NCBI GenBank assembly: GCA_004376785.1
Contig: SOIY01000229.1
Location: 1-39,040, forward strand
Direction of reading: 5' to 3'
DNA: 39,040 nt
From: Candidatus Stahliibacteriota bacterium
Lineage (GTDB): Bacteria; Hydrothermota; Tepidihabitantia; SM23-42
How positions within the stretch are numbered: position 1 is the stretch's first letter; every line of letters begins with the position of its first letter. Shown piece by piece: positions 15,311 through 23,113 of this stretch. A program made the position numbers and the translations under genes. Under the pieces are notes generated by a model, which made no database searches, had not been told where the DNA came from, and saw only the letters and a program-made list of their open reading frames with translations.

Positions 15311-16255
15311 TTAGTAATCGGTAGTATTGGCAGTATTACCTGTACTTGTTATGTATACTCCGTGATTATGTGATGGATATGACGTTACAGGCTCTATTAT
15401 TGGCTGTGATGGTACCTCTCCACCTGATTCATAATTTATATGAAACTCTTTATCTTTTTTGTCTCTTGATTGTTTTTTACTTTTTAATTTTAAGTTGTCT
15501 TTCTGAATCGGCAAATTATTTTTGATCTGTGATTTAATTTCTTTGTATAAACTATTTTTTACTTTGTATTCTTGATCTATCGTAGCGCCATCAATCGTAA
15601 ATAAATTATCACTGTAATTAGATACTATTATATCTACCCTAAAAGTGTTAACTTGTTTCCCAACCAATTGAGAATGTTTACGAAGTGTTTGTGTAAATGA
15701 AATTCCTAGACCATCAACTTTTTTTAAATTAAATAACGGTATACAATGTATGAAGTCAAAAAATGATATAATACTTAACAAATTATCGTTTTTTCCAGAT
15801 AAAAATCTATTACCATAAGTATTAAAATGAAATAAAGAGGAATGTTTATACTCTCTTACGATTGATTTTATAGAATCCATCATAGAAAAACCTGCCGCTT
15901 TTTTATTAGATATAAATGATACACCACCATGCTCTTTCACAGATTTGATTATAGTACTAAATTGACTATAATCAAATTCATCTATATTTTTTACTTTATG
16001 CGTTTCACAAAGAGGTGTTTTATCTACAAATTTTAAAATATTTTCCGGCAGCCATGTATAACCACAGATAGTGCTAGCTCTTGCTGGGAATACATTGATA
16101 CACGCTAATGTTCTTTGTTTTTTCACAGCGACCATAACTGGCGCACCACAAGGTAAATGATCGTAGTTTTGTGTTAAAATAGCATAAGCAATTTTACAGT
16201 CATCTGTAAAAAACTCTCTGTTTTTTGTACCTAGTATTGTGTCACTTCTTAACAC
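15311..16255 (-). CDS. hypothetical protein embedded between the two GATase-II genes
   Basis: 314-aa ORF. No motif recognised. S/T/N/P-rich C-terminal tail (...SGGEVPSQPIIEPVTSYPSHNHGVYITSTGNTANTTDY). Confidence 0.6.
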   Translation of the reverse strand: MLRSDTILGTKNREFFTDDCKIAYAILTQNYDHLPCGAPVMVAVKKQRTLACINVFPARASTICGYTWLPENILKFVDKTPLCETHKVKNIDEFDYSQFSTIIKSVKEHGGVSFISNKKAAGFSMMDSIKSIVREYKHSSLFHFNTYGNRFLSGKNDNLLSIISFFDFIHCIPLFNLKKVDGLGISFTQTLRKHSQLVGKQVNTFRVDIIVSNYSDNLFTIDGATIDQEYKVKNSLYKEIKSQIKNNLPIQKDNLKLKSKKQSRDKKDKEFHINYESGGEVPSQPIIEPVTSYPSHNHGVYITSTGNTANTTDY

Positions 16256-16271
16256 TTTAATCTCCTTTATA

Positions 16272-17066
16272 TTATGGCTTTAGAACAAATTTACTCATGG
16301 TTTTAGCAAATAAATTAAATGCCACACCCATACCACTTATTACCTCTATCTCTATTGGATCACCTAAGTAATCCTCGAAAGGTTTTACAGCAGTTAAAAT
16401 AAAATTTTCTCTGGTAGCAAATAATATAACTTTAACAGCTGGATAATATAATATCCTAATTGGATTACCGCTTCTGAATAAGAACAGGTTGTAAGGGGAA
16501 TCAATATTTAATAAAGCACACGCATATCCACCTTTGATATGTCCAACTGTTTCTCTTATAGATTTTATAGTCCGGTTACTGCCAAAACGCCTTGTAAAAT
16601 GCGATACTAATTGGAAAATAATTTCAGTATCTACCCGAGCGATACGTGTTATATTTTTCCTAAATTTATTAAATAATTCATCATCATTAGCGATCACACC
16701 GTTATGTACGCCTACAATATTCTCTACTACAATTGGATGATTGTTGTAATTATTTTCTGGACTTCCTTTGGTTGGCATTCTACAATGACCAATCATAGAC
16801 TTTAGATGATCACTTGAGGTCTCATCTTTTCCAACCCTCATGTGTTTATCTGCAAAATCGAGATAATCTTTATCTTTTGTAAGCATAGAGCCAGCTAAAG
16901 GTCTACGTATAACTTCTGTTGAGCGGCTTTTCATAACAGCTACACCACTAGCAGACCTCCCGTTTACCTCGGCCTCTTTAAGAAGGGTAGCCATTATAGC
17001 TTTTACTGTTGCAGTATCATCTAATGTATGCTCTTGGAAAAGACCCATACCGAAAATTGAACACAT
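16272..17066 (-). CDS. class-II (Ntn) glutamine amidotransferase-like protein
   Basis: MCSIFGM (Cys2), IGHCRMPTKGSPENNYNNHP and GVHNGVIANDDE. Stand-alone GATase_2 domain of 264 aa. Confidence 0.8.
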   Translation of the reverse strand: MCSIFGMGLFQEHTLDDTATVKAIMATLLKEAEVNGRSASGVAVMKSRSTEVIRRPLAGSMLTKDKDYLDFADKHMRVGKDETSSDHLKSMIGHCRMPTKGSPENNYNNHPIVVENIVGVHNGVIANDDELFNKFRKNITRIARVDTEIIFQLVSHFTRRFGSNRTIKSIRETVGHIKGGYACALLNIDSPYNLFLFRSGNPIRILYYPAVKVILFATRENFILTAVKPFEDYLGDPIEIEVISGMGVAFNLFAKTMSKFVLKP

Positions 17067-17077
17067 TCACAACTCCT

Positions 17078-18676
17078 TTATATTAATGACATGGAGCCGA
17101 TACGATCTAACCATACCATCTCTCCATCGTTCTTTTTAGTATTAATGAATTCAGATACTCTATCATCAATTACCTGATCATTGTCTTTATTAAGTAATAA
17201 GATAACTGCTTTAAGCCATTCGTCTTCATTTTTACACTGATCCACTAATCTTAGATCAATTATTTCAGTTAGCTTAGCAATAAATACATCTTCTGTGGTC
17301 ATCACTACCTGTAAATCTTTTTCAATAGTTTCCCAAGTATCACCATCGCATCTTCTAATACCACATGGACGTTCTGCAAGTTTTTCTAATACTTCATATG
17401 CCGGCCCAGTTTTCATCAGAATATGCTTTATTTGGGAAATTAAATCGAAGGACTCTGAGATTAGCACATCATAGTGTTTTGATAGACCGCTTGTATCACT
17501 AAATCTATCGCCAGAATTATAATCTTTCATGTTGTTCATCAAATCTCTTTTTATTCCTTCCGCTTTTTCTATCCAATCCTGACCGCCTACTTCTACAACA
17601 CCATATCTGGATATTTCTATGGCTTTAATCATCATAGCGTAGTACAAACATGATACAGCTGCTATTGCGCTCGGTGATAGTAAACAATCCATCACTCTTA
17701 GCTCTACGTGAAACCGTTTTACATCACCTTTTTTGGTAAAAGTGCAGTTGTTGTAATTTACCCAACCGTATTTATTTCCGCCCGCATTCGACGAAACGTC
17801 TGCTTTTACCTTTGACATATTATTTAACACTGCAGATATGTTAAGTACTGATACTCTGTATTTTTCCCATCTAGTTATACGCTCCGGCTCATCCAAACCA
17901 ATGGTCATCCAAGTTATGGCATTTTGATATCTCCGGCATAGTTGATGAAAATTAGCCAGTATAATTTCTGGCATAGCTTTTTCCATCTCATCTATTTGAT
18001 TAGGTACACCAGGACTGCCGCTACTACCAGCAATTTTTCCATAATAGCTAGCCAATAAATGCGCATGGATGCTAGTTCTTTCGTTAACATATGCCCCGTT
18101 CTTAACTGCCAAATCTATAATTTCTTTTGACATTTTAAAGAACTCCCAGTAGTCAGGTCTCCTACCAACTGTTATTACTTCAGCTCCTTTCTTTCCGAGC
18201 AAACTTCCGTCAGTTGTAATACTATGGACACCGTGTTTGGTAAGTGAACCATAGCTATGTGAAGGAGTTAGAAAGTTATTCATTCTTTCTCTGATATGGT
18301 CTGGATTTCTTTCTGGATCGAAAAGATTTTCACAGGACTTACAATCTACTTCAAATTTCTCGCAAATTATACATTTGCTAAGAAATCCAGTACAAAATAT
18401 TCCATGACAGATAAAATTTTTCCCTCGTTCAGCTTTACATGTGTCAAATCTGATACAGTCTTTCCAGCAATTAGATTCAGCCATGTGTTTACATGGACAA
18501 GCGTTGTTGTTTCCTTTACAGGTACCATTCTTATTTGGCAAATTAAATTCATACTCCAAGCCAATCTTTAATATCTTATGAAGCATATGTTTCCAATATC
18601 TTACATCACCTGTATTTATTGCTTCCTTAGAGGGATGAACATAAAATGTCCATTTATCTCTGTTATCTCTACTCAT
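17078..18676 (-). CDS. Amidoligase_2-type (glutamine-synthetase-like) amidoligase with Cys-rich insert
   Basis: KIGLEYEFNL (metal-binding E-x-E strand), TTDGSLLGKKGAEVITVG, SIHAHLL and RFHVELRVMD follow the GS-like amidoligase motif order. About 18 Cys lie between residues ~47 and ~125. Confidence 0.7.
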   Translation of the reverse strand: MSRDNRDKWTFYVHPSKEAINTGDVRYWKHMLHKILKIGLEYEFNLPNKNGTCKGNNNACPCKHMAESNCWKDCIRFDTCKAERGKNFICHGIFCTGFLSKCIICEKFEVDCKSCENLFDPERNPDHIRERMNNFLTPSHSYGSLTKHGVHSITTDGSLLGKKGAEVITVGRRPDYWEFFKMSKEIIDLAVKNGAYVNERTSIHAHLLASYYGKIAGSSGSPGVPNQIDEMEKAMPEIILANFHQLCRRYQNAITWMTIGLDEPERITRWEKYRVSVLNISAVLNNMSKVKADVSSNAGGNKYGWVNYNNCTFTKKGDVKRFHVELRVMDCLLSPSAIAAVSCLYYAMMIKAIEISRYGVVEVGGQDWIEKAEGIKRDLMNNMKDYNSGDRFSDTSGLSKHYDVLISESFDLISQIKHILMKTGPAYEVLEKLAERPCGIRRCDGDTWETIEKDLQVVMTTEDVFIAKLTEIIDLRLVDQCKNEDEWLKAVILLLNKDNDQVIDDRVSEFINTKKNDGEMVWLDRIGSMSLI

Positions 18677-19830
18677 ATTAAAGCTCCCATCTGTTTGTCA
18701 GTTTTATACCAGTTTACTTCCATATCTGGAGAACATTGTATCCCCGACTCCACATATTTAAAATATTCATTTATAGAATCAGCCCTTTTCTTGTATCCTA
18801 CCATCTTTTCAATACCAGATCTTATATTATCGTAGTAAGTCATTGCCAAACTAGTATCTATACTACATATGATAGAGAATATTGTCATGGCTGATGGAAT
18901 GTCTGGATATAATTCTAGCATATCTTTATCCGTTGATACATAATCTAATTTAGTAAAATTATCTGTACAATGTTTAATACGACTTACTACATCCTCTATA
19001 ACAGTTGCCCCTATACTTATTATACCGTGTGTCAGTACTGGATGCTTCATCAGTGCTGCTCCAGGTACTCTATATTCAAGAGTTCTATTATCTAGTCTAT
19101 AATTGCCTGGTTTACCGTAGGCCAAATAAGGAGTAGTCCTTCTGTAATTATCGTCCTTCCCCTCTGGAAGTATAGAAGGAACTCCTATGTAATAATCTAG
19201 TATCTTTACTATTTGGTCTGCTATCTTAATCTTTTTATAACCTAGTAATTCATTTGGGAGGCCATAATGTAAATGAAAACCGGCAGTGATTTTCTTATAG
19301 GAAGATACTGCTGTTATCATTATGTCAGGGTCATTTATTTTTTGTCTAGCTTGTTTTAACATGTTGAAGATGTGAGATACAACTACATTTTCATCGGTGC
19401 TTGGTAATGGCCTAAATTCTAACAGTAAACCATCACACCCGACAGCGTCCCATTTCTTAAAGTATTTACCTGCAGTTACTATACCAGCATCTTTCTTATC
19501 TACTAGTATTAATTCCGGATCGCAGCCGAGCGTTATATTATCTACGAGTTTTACTTCACAAACATTAGAAGGACTATTAGTTAACAATTCAAATATTTCA
19601 TTAGTAACATATGCAGAGGATGAATTATCTTCTACATCCTCTTCATAGGCCTTCTCAATAGACAAAGAAACTATACTATCATCAGTGGCTCTCATGTTTA
19701 AAAAACCGCCCAGGCGTATGTCTAATGCTTTTCTAAGATCTTTTGGAATTCTGATTACTTTTCTCTCTGTTAATCTTTCTTCACGTATCTTATCCTCCAT
19801 TAATTTAGAAGGGTTAATTATTAATTTCAT
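18673..19830 (-). CDS. phiEco32-type COOH-NH2 ligase, copy 2
   Basis: LGCDPELILVDKK, GCDGLLLEFRPLPS, AGFHLHYG and LEYRVPGAALM. 4-nt overlap with the downstream amidoligase gene. Confidence 0.75.
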   Translation of the reverse strand: MKLIINPSKLMEDKIREERLTERKVIRIPKDLRKALDIRLGGFLNMRATDDSIVSLSIEKAYEEDVEDNSSSAYVTNEIFELLTNSPSNVCEVKLVDNITLGCDPELILVDKKDAGIVTAGKYFKKWDAVGCDGLLLEFRPLPSTDENVVVSHIFNMLKQARQKINDPDIMITAVSSYKKITAGFHLHYGLPNELLGYKKIKIADQIVKILDYYIGVPSILPEGKDDNYRRTTPYLAYGKPGNYRLDNRTLEYRVPGAALMKHPVLTHGIISIGATVIEDVVSRIKHCTDNFTKLDYVSTDKDMLELYPDIPSAMTIFSIICSIDTSLAMTYYDNIRSGIEKMVGYKKRADSINEYFKYVESGIQCSPDMEVNWYKTDKQMGALI

Positions 19831-19840
19831 TATTTTCCTT

Positions 19841-21247
19841 TCACTCTTCGTAAGGCTCTATTTCAAGTCCTAACCTATTATAGGCGTTCCATCTGCAATC
19901 ATTTTTTCCCCTCGTATAAAATTGATTTTGAAGAAGTCCTATGTCAACATCCACATAGTCATATACAATTGCATCTGTTTTTCCTTTAGCAGTTCTTTGT
20001 ATCCTACCAACCAACTGCTCGACTTTTCCTTCTGCTCTGAATGGCATTGTTATGAATGCTCTATTTAAGAACTTTACATCAAATCCTTCTCCTAGCAGAG
20101 AAAAAGTGCAAACTAACACTGTTATTTCCTTATTATCTAATTTTTCTGCCTGCTCTACCACATATTTTTTAGTGTAGTTACCTGTTGCAATGCCTGTTTT
20201 TTCCCAACCAAGTGATATCAAATCATATAATATTTCTGCATGTATCTTACGATCAGTCAGTACTATACAGTAATTACCTAACACTGCTTCACGAATAATG
20301 TCGCCGACTATTAAATTGTTTCTGCTTGCGTTATTTACAATGTTCTGTTTTAATATTTCCTGAATTTTATTTCCGTATACAGGTTTGGAGTGTATAGATC
20401 TGTATTTTACAAGTGGTAGCATTATACCCCCGTCACTTTCTACTTCACTAACTGATATATGTATGAGTTTTGGCCCAATCATTTGAAACATTAACGTCTC
20501 CAGCTTATCTCTTCGATAAGGAGTGGCTGTTAATGCATAGAGATAATAAGGGTTAAGATTACTAACAACTGTTATAAATGTGCTTGCTGGCACGTGATGA
20601 CACTCGTCAACAATAACGAGACCATAATCATCTCTCATCTCATGTAATTCTTTTAATCTTCTAACAAGTGTAGGTATTAAAGCTACTGTAACGATCTTTC
20701 CTGGTTTCCATTTACCATCGCCTATTAGCCCCACATCATCGTCCTTCAACCCAGGCAGAAATTGTTTTATACGAGCTAAAGCTTGGTTAGATAGAGCTCT
20801 GGTGTGAGTAAGCCATAACGTTGGCTGGCCTAATATTGGTATCATACTAATACCAATAACTGTTTTACCACTACCAGCTGGAGCAATAAAAAGACCTTCC
20901 TCTCCTTCCTTAAGGAACTTTATCATATTATCGAATTGATATGGTCTGTATTTAATATGTGATGAATCAATGTCTATGTAATCGAATATTGCACGTTCAT
21001 CTTTGATTTTAACATCTTTGCCGACTGCTTCCATGAGGAGAGATCTACATCCTCTTGGTATACATAGACTATCATCGGGTAGCATTTCAAAGTTATAAAT
21101 GAATGGATCTAAACCCCAAGCACTATATCCGTTGGCAATAGCGTTATAATACTTAGGATTTTTTACTTTGAGTTTTTCCACAAGATAATTTTTAAGCTTT
21201 TCCGGCGGATTCTTTATCGTTATTTTGTTTGATAATGTTATCTCCAT
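19841..21247 (-). CDS. SF2 DEAD/DEAH-box (ResIII/RAD25-like) helicase
   Basis: Walker A FIAPAGSGKT, Walker B VIVDECHHVPA, TATPYRRD (motif III), and C-terminal GEGFDV...LVGRIQR (motifs V/VI). Confidence 0.85.
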   Translation of the reverse strand: MEITLSNKITIKNPPEKLKNYLVEKLKVKNPKYYNAIANGYSAWGLDPFIYNFEMLPDDSLCIPRGCRSLLMEAVGKDVKIKDERAIFDYIDIDSSHIKYRPYQFDNMIKFLKEGEEGLFIAPAGSGKTVIGISMIPILGQPTLWLTHTRALSNQALARIKQFLPGLKDDDVGLIGDGKWKPGKIVTVALIPTLVRRLKELHEMRDDYGLVIVDECHHVPASTFITVVSNLNPYYLYALTATPYRRDKLETLMFQMIGPKLIHISVSEVESDGGIMLPLVKYRSIHSKPVYGNKIQEILKQNIVNNASRNNLIVGDIIREAVLGNYCIVLTDRKIHAEILYDLISLGWEKTGIATGNYTKKYVVEQAEKLDNKEITVLVCTFSLLGEGFDVKFLNRAFITMPFRAEGKVEQLVGRIQRTAKGKTDAIVYDYVDVDIGLLQNQFYTRGKNDCRWNAYNRLGLEIEPYEE

Positions 21248-21743
21248 GAAGTATTTTCTCTACAGTAGCTTTAAACTTCTCATTATTACTTGAAAAAAAT
21301 GTTGGGTACGCCTGGCAAACGTACCTTCTTTCTCTTTTTCCTTTACGTTTTTGTTTAAACTTAGTAACTTTATGTTTTAAAGATGTTGCTTTGCCCTCAT
21401 TTTCAATCTGAGCAGTAAAAATGTCCCGGCAGTCTGGTAATAAAGGACAGAGCGCATTGGATGAGATATTATTACATACACCTGTGTGGCAGAATGTTTC
21501 AGAGAACTGTTCTATACCTATATCACTTACTGGTAGTTGAATAGCTTTAAAATGTTTACGTATGTTCAACAGATTCCTTAGCACTAATGCAAACTTTTTT
21601 GGGTTTAATTTATATATACTATTGTAGCAGAAGATTGGATTGCCCACATTATTACATATATTGCAGCTAGAGCAGACAATCCCAACAAATTGTTTCTTGT
21701 TGTATTTCTTCTGCCTCCCTTTATTTTTTCCTTTCCTTACCAT
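21192..21743 (-). CDS. Cys-rich basic hypothetical protein
   Basis: 183 aa. CSSCNICNNVGNPIFC and FCHTGVCNN...CPLLPDC. The K/R-rich N-terminus and tail suggest nucleic-acid binding. 56-nt overlap with the helicase start. Confidence 0.55.
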   Translation of the reverse strand: MVRKGKNKGRQKKYNKKQFVGIVCSSCNICNNVGNPIFCYNSIYKLNPKKFALVLRNLLNIRKHFKAIQLPVSDIGIEQFSETFCHTGVCNNISSNALCPLLPDCRDIFTAQIENEGKATSLKHKVTKFKQKRKGKRERRYVCQAYPTFFSSNNEKFKATVEKILHGDNIIKQNNDKESAGKA

Positions 21744-22135
21744 TAGCTTTTATACAATTCTTTAAGTGTTTCTCCTGTTGGTAACTTCCAGAACACCCAG
21801 CCACTTCTTCTGACACCACTAACTGCTTCCGCAGCAGCTGATAATGACGAATATTTAAAATTACCTATTCTATACCCATCTATTTCTACACTCATAATCA
21901 ATAGGTAAGGGACTTTTTCTGTAGTACCCCAACACTCTAATCCGATAGGGATACCATCCTTATTCAAATTGCTTGGTTCTTTCTTTGTTTTTAACAATTG
22001 GATTATCTTGTGCATATGATCTATCTGTTGCTCAAGAATATCAATCCGTTCTTGGTCTGATAATTCTTTTTTAGACACGGCTAACCCTACTCCACTACTT
22101 TTAACCGCTTGACCAAGGGCTATCTTCTGTGTCAT
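21743..22135 (-). CDS. hypothetical protein with DUF4357-like C-terminal motif
   Basis: YSSLSAAAEAVSGVRRSGWVFWK resembles, from memory, the S-x-S-x-AA-x-x-V-x-G-x-x-x-NGW-x-x-WK signature seen at the C-termini of some T5orf172/GIY-YIG and restriction-associated proteins. Confidence 0.5.
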   Translation of the reverse strand: MTQKIALGQAVKSSGVGLAVSKKELSDQERIDILEQQIDHMHKIIQLLKTKKEPSNLNKDGIPIGLECWGTTEKVPYLLIMSVEIDGYRIGNFKYSSLSAAAEAVSGVRRSGWVFWKLPTGETLKELYKS

Positions 22136-22254
22136 TTATATCACTCTCCTTTTGTGGTGAGCATTCAAACGTATTTACCGTTATCACGACCCGTAGGATG
22201 GGTTCTGACCCCATATCTCTCAAATACTCACGCTAATTATATAATTTCCACTCG

Positions 22255-22623
22255 CTATCGCAGTGCAGGTGTCTGATCTTCAGGCGGAACCCATTTCTTC
22301 CTACCAAGACTCATTCTCTTGATAAAAAAGGCATGTGCCGGTACATTATCTACGATCCACGGTTTATAATAAGCGTTGATCAAAAGTTCTCGACCATCAT
22401 GCACATACTTCACAATGGTTGCTACCTTTTTCATGTCGGTAGTAATTACCGGTATATCAATCACCGTGTCAGTCCACTGACCATTATCTCCAATTTCAGA
22501 TATGGATGTACGGATATTCATGAAGGCATAGTTCTCACCATTTACAACAGGCTCGCCTATTACTTTACCCTGAATGGTACATTCGTTCTGTGTTAATCCT
22601 AAAAATTCTTTGTTGTTCGACAT
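22255..22623 (-). CDS. ssb: single-stranded DNA-binding (OB-fold) protein-like
   Basis: NECTIQGKVIGEPVV..GENYAFMNIRT....W.D..IDIPVIT.....A.IVKYVHDGRELLINAYYKPW follows the SSB pattern (V.L.GRL..DPE....G...A.F.LAV......W......F..V..WG..AE.....L.KG..V.V.GRL....W). AAGGAG SD upstream. Confidence 0.55.
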   Translation of the reverse strand: MSNNKEFLGLTQNECTIQGKVIGEPVVNGENYAFMNIRTSISEIGDNGQWTDTVIDIPVITTDMKKVATIVKYVHDGRELLINAYYKPWIVDNVPAHAFFIKRMSLGRKKWVPPEDQTPALR

Positions 22624-22641
22624 AAATTTATTTCTCCTTTT

Positions 22642-22794
22642 TTAATCCTCATTTTTAATTCTATCCCATGCTTCTTCAGCCAGTGCTTTTGCATCAATCC
22701 TATAATCTGAAGCATACATATGAAAACAAGCATCAACTATTCGCAAAATCTTGTTTTTTATCCACTCATCATCCCTTTCTATATTTTTAGCCAT
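22642..22794 (-). CDS. possible small protein (50 aa, below the ORF-track cutoff)
   Basis: Own translation: MAKNIERDDEWIKNKILRIVDACFHMYASDYRIDAKALAEEAWDRIKNED. GGGAGA SD upstream. It fills an otherwise empty 170-nt gap. Confidence 0.4.
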   Translation of the reverse strand: MAKNIERDDEWIKNKILRIVDACFHMYASDYRIDAKALAEEAWDRIKNED

Positions 22795-22809
22795 TTATTT
22801 CTCCCTTAA

Positions 22810-23100
22810 TTACGGCTTAATTGCATCGATAGCTTCCAAACCATAAAGGTGGTATTCATCAAACCATTTATAAACACATGCTTGATATGTAATATCACCT
22901 TTTTTAAGTGTATACCAAACCTCTCCGCCAACAATAGGACATAAGCTATAGTGCTGATATCCAACTGCCTCAAAACCGTTGGACTTAAAAACTTTACTTG
23001 CATTAGCTTTAAGATTATCAACGTTTCTAGAACATCCACCAAAGCCTGAAAATAATATAATAGCCAGAATGAATACTATTATTAGGCATACAACCTTCAT
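22810..23100 (-). CDS. putative lipoprotein
   Basis: From the ATG at 23100: MKVVCLIIVFILAIILFSGFGG|CSRN has a signal peptide and lipobox. AGAGGAGGG upstream. The longest ORF (to 23136) would overlap the RNAP gene. Confidence 0.6.
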   Translation of the reverse strand: MKVVCLIIVFILAIILFSGFGGCSRNVDNLKANASKVFKSNGFEAVGYQHYSLCPIVGGEVWYTLKKGDITYQACVYKWFDEYHLYGLEAIDAIKP

Positions 23101-23113
23101 ATTTATCCCTCCT

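Noticed and set aside
18367-18564. 65-aa minus-strand ORF in an alternative frame inside the Amidoligase_2 gene.
   Set aside because: It is fully nested out-of-frame in a 532-aa gene with clear motifs. No independent start signal was seen.
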